64,000 nucleotides of DNA from the NCBI GenBank assembly GCA_040954595.2, contig CM082595.2:6350137-6414136 (forward strand), read 5' to 3'. The notes under the pieces were generated by a model. It did no database searches and was not told the origin of the DNA. It saw only the letters and a program-made list of their open reading frames with translations. The stretch's first letter is position 1; each line of letters begins with the position of its first letter. Shown in pieces: positions 40,001-54,677 of the stretch. The stretch comes from Balanoglossus misakiensis (Eukaryota; Animalia; Hemichordata). The position numbers and the translations under genes are program-made.

Positions 40001-42546
40001 TTCTCTTGAACAAGCCGAAAAGTTAAGTGTCTTACATTTGTCTACATATGGAGGATTACAGATAGTGCATTAACAGTAAACAAGCACAAATATGGGTTCA
40101 ATTTCTCACTAGATTTCTATCAACATTCTGGCGGCATACAAACTGAAAAATAAATATATGGTACTTTACTTTTACCAAGAGATCAGATATCTCACTAATG
40201 CTGGGGCTCCCATTGATGTCATAATCAGTGCTACCAATCTCTGTTATCTCTCTTCCCACACCCTTTAATTGGACGCTGTGATTGATCCTGCTCGAAGTTG
40301 AAGTGTTCACATTAATAATTCAAGTAAGATTATTTCAGTCTCAGATTGTATTTTTCGCAAACTATGTCTGTTTACAACCAGTATTCTTCATCTAATGTAC
40401 TGTTAGGGGTAATACCTCATAGTCATTCTGTGTGTTTATAAAAAAACCAAAAGGATTGGTGGGTTCTTTTATGGGTAGATATTTCTAGTTTCATTGTCTG
40501 TTAACTGGCAGCCAGTTGACTACTGCATGCTGTTAGCAAATTGTGATTTTCAGTACAATCCGATCAGCGGGTTATTAATTTGGTTTTCAAGACACCTTCA
40601 ATATGACAAAGATAGAGAATGGTTTAAATTAGCAGCATTTTTAATGAGTGGATTTCCACATCGAGCTAAATTAGCTAAATAAACATGCTGGCTAAAACAT
40701 GTGTATTTTCGATTCATGGCACATGGTGTCCAAATCCTTAAATCGCTTTGCACCTGCTTATTGGTCGGATATGTCTCATTCTCTGCACCATTTCACAAAG
40801 CATTTCCCTCGATTACTTGGTCGAATGATTGGCAGCGATTTCCACAAGCTGTGCCGTTGCATGCACAGCTGTAGTTATGATAGTTTAAGTCTTAGTCTCT
40901 GCCATTATTATTTTCCATAATTCTGTCATATCTGCATATTTCTTATTTACATAAACCAGGCCGGTTATTTTATTCTTGTAGTGCATTTATGTAGTTTTAT
41001 GTTAAAGGTGTGACAGTATTTTAATAGATCCTTTAATTGCGAACAAATTGCGCGTTTCCTGGTGTCCTAGTATCTTATGCAGTAGATCAATCTTGTGTTA
41101 CTGAAGACCTCAAACTAAATTATGTGAATGAATAATGTATCATTGATAAGTTGGGAAATGATAATGTCACAGTACGACAGGCCTTACTTGTGCACACGGC
41201 ACTGTAATCGGTCAACAATATGTTTTCCTTTATCTGAAAAAGTACTGCTTCCCCACAATAAGTAATTTAAATCATTCTTCACAAATTAACCTTGGCTGAT
41301 ACAGCTAGAGCGACACCACTTAGTTAGTCAATTTCACCAGTGAATGTTCGTATATTCAAACTATTGTCAATGACACCACATGCATACTCTGTACACAAAC
41401 ATGTTTGACTGTTCGTCTAGGTATACAAGTCAAGGTTCGCAAACATTACATATTTACATTCCTTGGCCATGGCAAACAATTTTCAAGATTGTACACAACA
41501 GCCATATGGGTGACATGCACATGAAAGTAATTCTAAATATTACATGCTCATTTTTCACTGTCATATATCTCATCAGTGACAACTTGATGAACCACACAAA
41601 CTATACATGTTCACAAATCTAACAATCTGACCTTCAAGGTTCTAATCCTATAAAATACAGGTCGATTCAACACAGCCAATGGATGCATTGTAAGCCCCAA
41701 ATAGCCTTTTTGGTATTATATCATTAGAAATAACTTCCATTATTTATATCAATCTTCAGAAGTATCAAAACAAGAATTTAAAAGCAAACATAATGTCCAC
41801 AGCATTTGAATCATAGTACTGAGAATCCCTTAAAAATCTAAACTGTGGGCTTCTTCAATCTAAGCACTATACGTCCTGAAACACTTGCATACAATACTAC
41901 AACACCTCATTTCATATCTAATTGACTAGCTTTGATTTTTAATTAAAATAGATGCAAAATCCATGTTTGCAGTATTGAACAGAGCCATCCACATATCTTT
42001 CAAATGGCACACACAGGCGTGCCCTTAGAAAAATATAATTGTATCTTAGCCTTTACTTAATTTGCCATCACCATTCGAGAAATACCTAATGTTAACATTG
42101 ACTTAAACACATAAACAAGTAGCAGTAAATGTCCAAATTTAATTCCCCAGGAAAGATGCCAATTCGTGAGGTTTTAGGGGTTTGTTATCTTTATATAACA
42201 TGGTAAATTATTGGCACGTAGGGGTTTGGCGACATTTATATATGGATACAGATTCTTTTCATTCATCCCTTGGTGACTACAATCGGGAATTACAATCTTG
42301 GGGCTGTTGGGTCTTTCAGTATTGATCCTGCGGGACGGTGAAAACAAACACTGCATAACACATGTGCGGCGGGCTTTCCTTCCCGCCGCAAAGTTGACGT
42401 AATTTGAGAAGAAGTGCGGTCACCGCTTGGTGTCTGTGGTATGTTTGAATTAATTCAACAGGATAGGTTAACGCGATGTCGCACGAGGGAAGTGGAAGAT
42501 GCACATGGGATTTCACAACTATGGACATATTCAGTGAATTTAGTGA

Positions 42547-42724
42547 TACATACATACATACATACATACATACATACATACATACATACATACATACATA
42601 CATACATACATACATACATACATACATACATACATACATACATACATACATACATACATACATACATACATACATACATACATACATACATACATACGTA
42701 CGTACGTACGTACGTACGTACATA
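42547..42724. repeat. (CATA)n then (CGTA)n microsatellite
   Basis: Read directly from the sequence. Confidence 0.95.
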
Positions 42725-45700
42725 AACCTTGTGCAGTGTTCAGTTATGCAAAAATGGTTTAGTGTTCAACTCATCCATGGGAATGTATAATTGGTCTCCA
42801 AAAGAAAGTGTTCATAAATAGTATTTGCATCTTTCCAATTGACGTTATTAACAACAGTGAATATTGCAGACGCGCAATTGTCTATGGACACCACATGAGA
42901 ATCAAACTTAACCATGTGAGACCCATGTGACCTTTGTGGTGTAATCACATGTGCAATTAGTGATGCAGTGCACGCCACACAGTCCATTAAACACACAACG
43001 ACAAGTTACTGAGGGGTGGAAGGAGCACTCGACAGTTACATCTACTGAAGGATTTATGAAATACATTAACATTGCTGAAACATGTCAATGAAAGACTCTG
43101 ATCCCGAACAGGTCTCATGCAGACTGACAAAACTTTGTAATAACTGAAAAAAAAACGTTTCTTTAATTTCTCTTTTTGGGTTTTGTATGTCATACAAATT
43201 GAGCCCTCATTTCTGTGTAGACGGCAGCACCGTGATGAAGGAAAGGGAAGTCATATCCTATTAGGACATATATCCACCTCGAACATCAAACCTTTACTCA
43301 TACTTGACTCAAGATAACATTAGATTATTCTCTCTTAAAAATGAGAGTAAAACTTAGAGGTCACATTGCACAATTTTGAAGTAGAGAGCCAAATTGTCAC
43401 AAATTAAAAATTAAAAATGGCCACCATTTTCTGTGTTAGTTCTATGGAGAGAAAAATGAAAGTAGCGATATTTTTATGTAGAAAGACGATGGAAACACTG
43501 TTTTCTTCTTTGTCTTCAAAATAATGCTCGCACACTTTAGTGTAGCAAATAATTGACAGGTTTCGCAGTCTATCGTTTTTTCCCCCTGAAAATCTGTACT
43601 TATAGTTATGTAAGCGGGCCAATACAGTTTGCATTCTATCATGTGATGGAACCCTCTATGGTGCGATTATGATTCGGTGGCTGGAATATTGCAACAAACC
43701 CTTCACGTCTGAAAATAACCATAAGAAAGGTCATACGCTCCCTTGACAATACACATATTACATTTACTTTTATGTTTGAATAGTAGAAAATGAAATCTTG
43801 GAAGTTTTATTATTTTACCTCGACAAATATACCAGCTCATGTGTATGAGAAAATCTTGTTCTAGGCAAAATGATGCATTAAAAAAACATTGAGTGTGTGA
43901 TATAACAGTTAATCAAATTTATACCAGACTATACCTTCCCGTATCAACTTGCATAAATATTGTTTGAAAAAAATTATAAGAAACTTAAGTATAATACTGT
44001 ATGTTCTCAAACCAAGACCAACTCTCTTGTTGCTCATTTGACATGAGATGCAGTCTGTCTGCGCGGATTCAGCACTATCATTTTACGAAGAATGGGTTGA
44101 TCTTCTAAGCACATAGGATGTGTACCGATAGCTCTTTTACTTCGCATTAAGACACGCATCACGGTCACTGTGGCTGAGACTAAATGCACCAAGAGATTAG
44201 CGAGGGAACATATGCTGAGAAGTAGCTATACGGCTTAAGTAATGCGCAAAGGAGGGTCTTTGCTATGGAAATGACTCCCTAGCTGTCCGTCAGATTACAG
44301 TATAAATCGAACTACTGGACTATGGTGAGATAGTGTGGAGAGCTATGCTCGTCGAGTTTTTACCTCCCTGGGCTTTCTGTGTGTGATTTATATCCCCGGC
44401 GTGGCCAAGGTGCTATTTATTATGTTATTATCTGTTTTTCGTCGAGAGGAAACATGTCTTATTGGTAAATTAAAACTCCCAAGACTCCAAATATGAAGCA
44501 GAACTTATTCAAGTGTGTTTTCCAATTGTCACCGACGAGCGATCAGTCACCACTGTATTAAAAGAAGCTTGTGAAATCCAAGACTAGAACATCCCACGCC
44601 CTTAACAAAGAAATATGACTCAAATGGTACAAGCAAAATTAAGATGCGACTTTATGTTAAATCTTGTTTATTGAGGAAAATGTTCATCAGTACTTGTTTA
44701 CAATAGGGTCATCTAACAGGAACTTTAAAATAACTTTGTACCACTTTCACAGAGGCAACATTTCTACCTACTTTACATTGAATCTGCTAACGCCTTATTT
44801 GAATATTCGGAGAGTGTTTATAAACTAAACAGAGTGCAAAGTTTCACGTCGAGGTAGAAATGACAACTTGTCATCATCCCAGACTTATGGACCAGATAAT
44901 GTGCAGCATTTAGGTAAATTGTTCGATGTAAATGATGCCTTGGTATAGAAATAATCATCACCTGTGCAGTACCGTTCAGAAGTACCATTCGCTGCCTCAT
45001 ATTGCCCTCCTAATGATTTAAAGCCCCTATATCTGCCAAATTTAACATATTTTTCCACAGTAAAATATTTCAAACATATTCCCTATCCTCTAAAATCCTC
45101 ACCATTAAGCCATATCACTTGCATTTGCATCAGTTTGTCATCTCTTGGCGACGCTACCATGATAGCTGCATACTGTTTGTATGTAGGCTGTTTAAATCGG
45201 TGCGGCACCATTTTAATACATAGCGTGTTCATATTGCAACATGCAGTCACAATCGGGCATTGATAAGGTGTTCATGTATACATATCAGTAAGCTTATTTA
45301 CATGCACCAATTTAAGTTGGAAAATAAAATCATGAAAATAATGCAAAAAGTGGCAGCTTTAGAGGCTTTAAATTTACTAAATGCTGCTGCATCAGCAATA
45401 AAGAAGGTCAAGCCAACTTCCTTAGTTCCTGAGCCATATACATAATGAACATGATAAATGAATGTGCGTGTATACGAAATATGATGCTGGTAGATAGTTA
45501 ACACAACTGCCAATCGCATATAGGCACAGTAGCTATTCAGTTAGACATTGATAATGATAACGCTGGTTGAAATGCGGCTTATCGCAATGGGCCATTAGAA
45601 TCGTGACAGTGATATGTGATTGTAACTTATCATAAAGGGAAACAGTAACTTGCATGGTAACTTATGCTTGTAGTACTTATAGCTGAATGAGATACATGTA

Positions 45701-48700
45701 AAAGCATGAACGATGTGATAGAATGCCAAGTGTAGGTGCTGTCGAGAATTTTATAGAGCTACTTGTATCAAATATTATTTGTTTTCTTTAGTTTGGTTTG
45801 TTTTAGCGGTAGGTTTATTCCTTTATTTATTTCGGTAAATCAATGGGCCAGAGTCCAATTTGCAGTCAAATAGGCCATTGATTTTGCCTGTTATAAATGG
45901 TGACTGTTGCATGTAGCGTTGACGGATGTATGATGTCATACTAACAAAATACCAGGATGTAAGGTCAGCCGTGGGTCACGAAGGTGGCCTATACGAACAA
46001 GTCTGTTTGAGCAGCTATTTTGACATGACGGATTTCGCAACATTCGTTTCGACTATTGCAGCGATGCACTGGGAGGCGCCAAGGCAATAACATATGCCAA
46101 ACTATTTTGGAACAGCATTTTTCCCGCATCGGGCGAAAACACAAAGTGTTCTCCGACACATCGATGGTCTACTGGCGTCAAAATAATCCCACCTCACGCG
46201 AGTTGCCAGATACTACGTACTATGCCATTATGTTTTTGTGTGAATGTCACACACAATGTGTTAGTCAGTGCGACCATCCAGCTGACCCCCGATTACGCAT
46301 GTTAAACCATCATATTCAGAATGTAGTATTCGATTTGATTCCTTTACAACAAATTAGGGTTTTTTAGGGGCCCTATCACAACACCTAGGCACTGAATCAG
46401 CTCTAACAGGATTTGTCTTGTCCTTGTGCAAAAAACTCATATATGTGTATATGCAGCAATGTTACATTGACTTTCTAGAGAACAAAATGATGAAACCTAA
46501 CTGGCTAAACCATTTCCCTCCTTTTTAGACACACATGACGAGAGATCAACATTATAGGTTACCACTTTGTTTCTCGCTCACTGTACCAATATAAAATGGC
46601 ATAAAATGTTAAGTAAATCGACTGACCCTCTTACAAGCTATAGATGTGCTTTAATGATACTTCAAACAATTGACGTCATATGATATTAAAATCAAGGGCA
46701 TTCTTATCTCATTTGGATCATTGCATTTGTGCTCACTTTCGTATTTGACGTATTTTTCGTCAACTTCACAATAACTTACATTGTCATTAACGCACTTGCA
46801 CTCCTACATAGACTTTAGCGCTTATACTTGAAGATTTCATTCAAAGATAAATACTGCAGGAAACAGTGATTTTTAAGTATTACGCCCACTTTAAACATTC
46901 CCATGATTGCATACGTCACAGATCATGTGAAGAATAAGAGGCCATATTTGTAAAGTATACATTACTAATGTATACTATAGTCTGCTAAACAGCTTAAACA
47001 TTGCCTGAAAATGTGATGAGAGTATGTTGGTGACCTACTGCATGACGCATGATCGAAGAATTCTAATTGCCAGATAACTGTTTTAAGCAGAAATTGTGCA
47101 ATCCACGAAAACCATTTTTTTTATTGATTTATTGATTTCTCAGAGAAATACAATGCTGTGATAGTGACCGAACAGACAGAGTTTTTAGTTGTCGTTTGCC
47201 ATTGATGCAACGATTATATAAATGTTCTAAGGTTTATTTTCAAACATTTTTCATTTCCCGAAAACTGCTGGAAAGATGTGTCGATAACTTTCAGATGAAA
47301 TGACGAATTTATTTCACTAATTTTTATGGGGTGATGTCATCAATTTAATCGGTTTAAAACCAGGAAGCTGCATTTCATGGAACTCGACACTCTTTAACTA
47401 TGACGTTAGAGTTCATGAAATTCCTACATTCACAGGAAATTAATATTTTCAGCGGGGGTGACAGATTCCAAAAAAAGGTTGAATGTAATACACAGTACAC
47501 AACCCACACAAAAAACATACACTATAACTGTTGTACTTTTACCATGACAAATCTGCCGTGAGTTTGGTCGTCACTGATGCAAGGCTGATGTAACTACTAA
47601 AATTGAGGTTGTTTCTGCATGTTATACGGCGGCTTTGGCTGAATTTTACTCGTTCGGACAAGCAGAGTGCTCCATTTGCCGATGTATACAGTGAAAAGGC
47701 GCGTGACGAGTGTGCCAGTGAGTTCGCATAGTGTGGGGTCTTTTAACATGTGAGGAAATTTCTTCAAATCGAAGAAGGTTGTAACAGAGTTTACTATGTA
47801 ATATTTTTGCCGCTGTAGACATGTCTTCACCACTCCTCAACATCCCATTCATACAAGTCTTTCAGCCAATAATTATACCCACATGAGCAAAATGTTGTAT
47901 TGGTCCAGGTCGGTCTTTATTTTCTTTGTTTCCATAATGTGGTGCCTAAGCTTCGAAGAATAATATTCAAAACTATAATTTCTCAATACAAGTCATGTGA
48001 AAATGCAAAAAAAACGGTAAGGCAGCACTTAAAATTGAGTTGTTTAATATCAACACAGAAAAGGCTTAAATAATACTTACAACTTGAATTAGACTCATCA
48101 AATTAATCTAGTAGAAAGAGTCCCAAGGCTAGCTACATATTTACACAAAATTCGTAGCAGAGATAATGTTTGTATTATCTGGCTTTGCCAAACACCCACA
48201 TGCCGTCTTCTCCCAAAAACATAAATGTACAGTTTTTATTTTCAAAAATTCCATAGTCGATTTGATGTGTTTCCGATTGCAAAACAGCAGAAAGTCACCT
48301 TTTGACGTCACACTGCGTATTATGTTCGTCATCGCAGTTTCTTCCCCGGCATCTTGTTCACTCCTTTATCGTGACCTTTATCGATATAAATTATGTAGCT
48401 TTGCTATTAGAATTGCCAATTTTCTGAAGACACCATTCCTGATTATTGACATTTCCTATCGAAATATGTGACAAGAGGAAAAGGAAGTGCGAGGCGGAAA
48501 AATTCTCATACAGTCTTCGACAAAAGGTCTCTACTGTGACTGCATGAAGTTCAAACTATGATTTATCACTACATATGGCAAACGCGTTATCTTTGTTTTT
48601 TTAGTGGCATAGCCACTCTGACTTGGGCGTGGTCAATGACTCCACAGAAACAGATCACGGAGGTCATCAGGGGATATTGTTCATATTCATCATTATGTTA

Positions 48701-51451
48701 AAGAAACATTTGAACCGGCAACTGAGTCAAGAGAAGTTACATGACTGGTAGCTGTTCACCTCAACACCAAGCTCATCTTAACCATCGAAAACGTTACAAA
48801 TATCCACTGTCAATACTGTTTATACTATTTAACTGAACCTCCCTGTAAAAAACGAGCTAAATATTGATATTATCCCAGTAATTTTTCAAGCATTTCATTT
48901 TAGTCCATTGTGACCGAATCCTGTCCATAGCTTCAGTCGCCAGACTTTTGTCACTAGATTTTTTATAACAGTTTTAATAATGTATGACTTGCAAGTGTCC
49001 TTGGAAATTCATTCTATGACTATACTAGTATAACACAGCAGCTCATGATATGTGGACATGGGCTCTTGCAGTAGTCAATGTCATTTGAGTCTGCTCAGTG
49101 TTAAGAATAACTTCAATATGAAGAAAGGCAATAGAGTTCCTGTCCTATATGACATCCATGCAGAGACTTATACATAGTGATAACTTAACACCATGCGACA
49201 CGATGTCTAGGGTCTGCAACGGAACAGAAAATCGACTGTCGTCCCTGAGGGGCTAAGGTGATCCTTGTCAGAGAAACTTCCATGAAGAATTGATGAAACA
49301 ATTTTATTTGTCAGATTAACTTCTGTAATATTCAGAATATGGTCAAAAACCTGATATAACGTTAAACGGAATGTTGTCTCTTTGAGTTGGACTTTGCTGA
49401 AAACAATGCAAGGCATTTTATAGAGTGAATACTATTGTATTTCCAACATTAGCAGTTCACAAAGAAATAATATAATATAGGAAAAAATGCACATAAGCAA
49501 TATAAATAGCCTGAAACACGTCCACGATAAAAATCAGATCGCACATTGCTGTGACGTCACTGTTTAACCGCTTATACCAAATACTCTACGTTAAAATGAA
49601 GTTGTTTGGTCTTTTATGAAAGTTTCTTGTCAACTGAAGCTGAGTCATTGCTGACGTAAAGTATAACCACATAAATAGCTGATTGAAGTCGACTTATCTT
49701 GTCTGTTTGACAATTGTCTAAGCCATACCATGAAGTTTTATTCTGGACATTATTTCAGTTTGTTAAATAAATGATCATGCTCTTGTTAAAAATAATAGCA
49801 TCGTCGAAGTAAGGCATGGCCATACATTATTCCATACAACTCTTCAAATTTTATTCGCTTGTACAGATACACACCACATCGTTATATTGCACATCTGTGG
49901 GCATGGAAGAGTTTTTATATCCGCTATGATGATGGGCTAGAGAATTGTAGACTCTGACAGTGGTGGCGCTCTTTTCTATAATTAGACTGTGAGTAGTCTG
50001 GTTATTTGCATCCAGGCAGTGACGCATTTTATGATTCATGGACATTTTCTTTCAATTTACATGTTGATTTGTTTGACACTGGAAAAGAATCGTAGAAAAT
50101 TATACTAACTTATGCATTAAAACATCCTCATAGCCTCACTTGAATGTAGTCACCTGCATTGAGCTGGGGACAGAAATGTATATGTATGTTTACTAGACAA
50201 AGTGAATCTTACCCGGCTAGTACTTACTTCAAATAGCATAAACATGGGGGAAACGCTGGCAGGATGTTTTCAGGTCTAATACGGGCACACGCACACAAAA
50301 TGTATGACATCAAAGGTAGATTACACTAGCGAAAGGTAGAACTATGTTTCTGCAAGGTCTACCTTGCAGTAGTTATCTGTCTGGGGCCATTCAGACTAGT
50401 TGAACTTAAATGGTTATAATGCACAATTCAGTAACACAAAACATAACAATGCAGAGAGCTATATTTTAACAGATATGAAAAGTGATTGAAGCGAGAGTTG
50501 GCTATCTTATTGTTCCCCTACCCTCAAGTATAAACACAATTTAATGCCTGTGGCGTTTATTGATTCATTAATTCCTACAACATGCATAATTCGTCAACCA
50601 TGGATGTGCTCAGTCCAAGAATACACCTGTGTTTACGTAGGGTACCATGCCTTCTTGTCAAATACCATGAGAAACTCTAGCCTGGCCGACGAAAATGGTT
50701 CCATATGGTCTCGGTGGGATAAATTTAGATTGTTCGGTGTTGAAAGCACGTTGTTACAATTCATTATGCCTCACTTTACCCGATCGACATTAAGAGCCAA
50801 CACGTGCAGTACCATCTATTTCATCAATGTAAGTAAATGCTACGAATATTTGTGTGATGCAGACGGAGAGAGAGGAATGTGGATATTATCCACACTGTCA
50901 TGCAAGCTAGTATGTTTTGTAGTTTCAAAAGGTCGTTATTACTTTCTGTAATGGTCCTCTGACAATTACAACACAATTCCTTGTAAAATGGAAGTATTAT
51001 TCCTTTTCGTTTGATGCATCACGTCGTTTCTGCAAACGTTTGTTTAACCAAAGGACAGGAACATTGCTCTTGAAATTGTTACATTGTATTCACCAGACGA
51101 CAGGAGGTTGTTACTTAGGTTTACTGTATATGTCTGACGTTTTGCATTGATGCACTTGGGTACGGTGGCTTTTGAACTGTCTCACAGACTACAATGCTGT
51201 AGGTCTGCACTAAAAGTGTTGTACATATTATTTGCCCGCAATTAAATTTCTGTTCTCCAAAACTTCAATATGTTGTTCACATCATGGTTATTTCCAAACC
51301 AATTTCTTTGGAATTATTGCCTATGCCTAAATGTACATGTATACTTTTTGGCCATGCTTCCTTCATATCATTTGATTGTTAATTTATAGCAATATGGCAG
51401 GTTACGTCAGTCGTCTATTTTTTGTTTATAGTTGACTGTGTTCTCCGGAGG

Positions 51452-52210
51452 ATGAATTTGATATATGGAGCTGTACTGCTGGTGGCATTGTCACATGTCG
51501 CTGTGTACACTGCACCCGTGAATGACGAACTGCAGTCCATGTCTGATAGTATGCGCATGCTCTTCGGCGAGAGAGTCGGCCAGATAAAAGCAAAGCTGCG
51601 ATTGGCGAGAGACGTCGCACCCGATGCGGACGCCCGTCTGTCGGCGGTGATTGACTCCATCAACGAAATCTCAGATTCGTTTGATGAGTTGAGCCGGGCC
51701 GGCCGAGAGGTTGGGGCTCAGGAAGAAGAACAAGAAGGCACAGAGGAACCAGAAGAAGAAGAATATGAAGGCACAGAGGAACCAGAAGAAGAAGAACATG
51801 AAGGCACAGACGAACCAGAAGAAGAAGAACATGAAGGCACAGACGAACCAGAAGAAGAAGAACATGAAGGCACAGACGAACCAGAAGAAGACGAAGGCAC
51901 GGAAGAACCAGAAGAAGACGAAGAATATGAAGGCACAACACTGGAACCAGTAGGAACACCAGAAATCCACGAGCACTACTTTGTATATCCGACTATAGAA
52001 GATTTTGGGCCCCACATACCTACACCGATTCGAATCGTAGTTATACTGAGAAAATTCTATAGCCTGCTTCACTCCCCTGCCGGCTTGTTTCTAGCAAGGG
52101 AGGGTGAACTGGAAGACCTGCTGGAGTTTCTGCTTGAGGCTGTTGAAAATGTACGCGAGACTTTCGAAGATCTCCAAGAGGACGGCATGGGAGATTTCCG
52201 CCATTGGTAG
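51452..52210 (+). CDS. Secreted, highly acidic protein (252 aa) with EGT(E/D)EPEEEE(H/Y) repeats; granin-like composition, function unknown
   Basis: Longest ORF in the window. ATG at 51452 follows the acceptor ctatttttttgtttatag (exon starts 51432). Signal peptide MNLIYGAVLLVALSHVAVYTA. RxxR sites RLAR and RAGR. AATAAA at 52461. Confidence 0.88.
   Translation: MNLIYGAVLLVALSHVAVYTAPVNDELQSMSDSMRMLFGERVGQIKAKLRLARDVAPDADARLSAVIDSINEISDSFDELSRAGREVGAQEEEQEGTEEPEEEEYEGTEEPEEEEHEGTDEPEEEEHEGTDEPEEEEHEGTDEPEEDEGTEEPEEDEEYEGTTLEPVGTPEIHEHYFVYPTIEDFGPHIPTPIRIVVILRKFYSLLHSPAGLFLAREGELEDLLEFLLEAVENVRETFEDLQEDGMGDFRHW
51734..51937 (+). repeat. Coding minisatellite, ~33-nt unit GAAGGCACAGA(G/C)GAACCAGAAGAAGAAGAA(C/T)AT, about 6 copies
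   Basis: Direct tandem repeats in frame within the acidic protein. Confidence 0.9.
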
Positions 52211-52460
52211 CTTGATGATACCACTGTATATTGATAAGTAGATAATTGGAGTTTCCAATTTCTAACCTGCCTCATTGATTTACAGATATATGACGCACAT
52301 GTGGTACAAAAACTAGGCTTCTGGTTTGACTCAATGCACGGAATGATAAAGTAGCTGTTTTTCGCTATATTTTGCTTTAAAGTGGTTTTAGTATAAGTGT
52401 ATAGAAGATAATGAATTTTAATCTTTAATGGGACAAAACAAACAAAATACAGATTATGCG

Positions 52461-52466
52461 AATAAA
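52461..52466 (+). terminator. Polyadenylation signal of the acidic protein gene
   Basis: AATAAA ~250 nt after the TAG. Confidence 0.55.
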
Positions 52467-54270
52467 TGCGTTGGTCCTTCTGGTTGTAGGGTTCCCTGCA
52501 GTCCTGATTCTTCTACGGTCTGTGATGCACACATCCCTCAACTCTAAGCTACGGTGTTCCAGCACCCTAATTAATTAAAATTACTAAAGCTCTGCACTCT
52601 CTATATAGTTCACATCCTTGTCAGGGTGTTGAACATTTACATGCAGCAGCCAGTTCAAACCCTATTGTACTCATGTATCAGAGAAATTGGTGCACTGCTC
52701 TCTAAAATTCTTAAATCGGTCTTCTGGTATAGTACTGACAATATTTAGAAGAAAAAGGGACAGGATAACTACCTGGGCTTAAAGGCAAAATAGATTATTG
52801 TTTTCGTGAACTACTGTCTGTTTACTCTTCATCAGTTTGTCTATCCATAGACTTCGTTTGTGACAGCTGAAATTGGTAGACCATGTAACTTAAAACCAAA
52901 CAAATATTCTGTCACCTAAGAATCACAGATTGTATGGGCTGTCACAACCCTCAAGTGTATGTGCTCTAATTATGCGTCGCCGTTAAAACCATATGCTGAA
53001 GAGTTTCCGCTCAGCCCATACGGTGGCCACAAATAGAAAATGGCTAACAGTGGCTGGCGGTTAGAGATAGATGAAATTTTATTATCTGCTGGGGAAAATA
53101 CATTCTGCAAAGTATTAATCAAATGGGCGGGAATGTATATGTATTCTGATTATATTGTTTGGAATCACCATTGAATACAGTTGCTGTAATTATTTTACCA
53201 TAGTATGTGTAGTTGCACACTTCTTTTTATTGCTGTAACTGTATAGTAACAGTTATTGACTATATAATGTGAAATTTCTGGATTGAACCTTATCACCAAT
53301 AAATATAGCTATGCCATTATCATTGCGCAATGGAATTCTCTGTGTCTACTGTACGCAATCACACAAATAAGACCAGAAGGGGTACACTCAATGGGAGGTG
53401 CTGAATCATGGCTAGCGATGTGGATAGTATTTGTTCTGAGGAATCTGATGAGATTGTCCACGTAATTCTTCATCACATTCGCCTTTAGCACACCACTTCC
53501 TAACAAAGTGCATTGGTCCAGGTCTTAACTATAAACAATTCAAAACATAAACGACACAGGGGGACATACCTGTATTTATGGCCATAATGGTTTATGTTTT
53601 ATTTATAGAAACCAGGGAGATTGTTTAGTTTAGGCTCGTATGTGCAAAGTAATATTCATACCTTTAGTCGGTGTTATGACAGATGTTATCACTAAAATAA
53701 TTTGTGGCCGCATGTTTGCCGTATGGTTTCGCAATCCACTACCATTAATATATGGAGACTCGAATTTCGCTTGTAAATACATTGTCCACATGGTGGTAAA
53801 ACATCTAAGCATATACAGGTGTGATCAAACACTAACGAAACCACAAAGTCACCTAAAACCATTTGTCTGTCTGTCTATCTCATTGTCTACATACACTGTA
53901 TCTATCAATCCATCTATCCATCCATCCATCCATCTGTTCATACCTACCTGCATATTCATGTGTTTTCTCCTCAATGAAAATAACACAGAAGCAGTAAAAA
54001 CGAAAGAACCACCATATACTTATGACGTTAGGTAGTGGCGCTAGGTATTTCCAGTTTATAACTGTGCCCTTTCTCATTGGAATTCAAGACATAAGGCAAG
54101 ACTCACCGAGTTAAATTTCGACGACAACTGAGAAATCTGTGTTCAACTCACTGCACTCTGGACATATTGGCAATAATTTGGTTGAGTTAATCATAGTGCA
54201 TAATATTGTTCTCACGTTCATGGCATTCTAGTACAAGGCTATGAGCATTGTCCCCATATAGATGTGTGAA

Positions 54271-54276
54271 TTTATT
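54271..54276 (-). terminator. Candidate polyadenylation signal of gene B
   Basis: AATAAA on the minus strand ~375 nt after the stop codon. Confidence 0.45.
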
Positions 54277-54648
54277 GTTCGTGGTAGTACATAAATTGCC
54301 ATGCCACATGCTTGCATTGCTTTTACAGTATAGTTTAATGTCTATAAAATTAATGTACACTTTCTTAGTAGTATTACAATTCTAATTAAAGGTAGGCCAT
54401 CATCTTACAAATGAATTCGTACCCTGGGTCGGGCGTGGTGTTCGAAAATGTGAATTGGTTCAGTTTCTTTAGTTTGAATAACACTGACAGCAGTGCACTT
54501 CATGGAAAGGGCAGTGTCTGTACTCAAGTCCGGAGGGTTAACTTCAATAAATTAGGGTGAGGGTTGGCAGCTCCTTTGTTGAAATTCAACCTGCTTCTAT
54601 TACACGGCAGTCATCAAGGATCAATCCAAAACACAACTCACAGGGCGG

Positions 54649-54677
54649 CTAGCGACCCGTTTTCCAGAAGAGATCTC
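54649..54677 (-). CDS. Gene B coding exon 3: (R)DLFWKTGR-stop, predicted mature peptide DLFWKT-amide
   Basis: Acceptor tattattttcacattgcag|GA. C+GA completes KR, then GAT CTC TTC TGG AAA ACG GGT CGC TAG. The C-terminal Gly-Arg is an amidation signal, and LFWK is shared with gene A. The spliced CDS is 291 nt, giving 96 aa. Confidence 0.82.

Noticed and set aside
51660-52072. Antisense and alternative-frame ORFs overlapping the acidic gene
   Set aside because: Shadows of the GAA-rich coding repeat.
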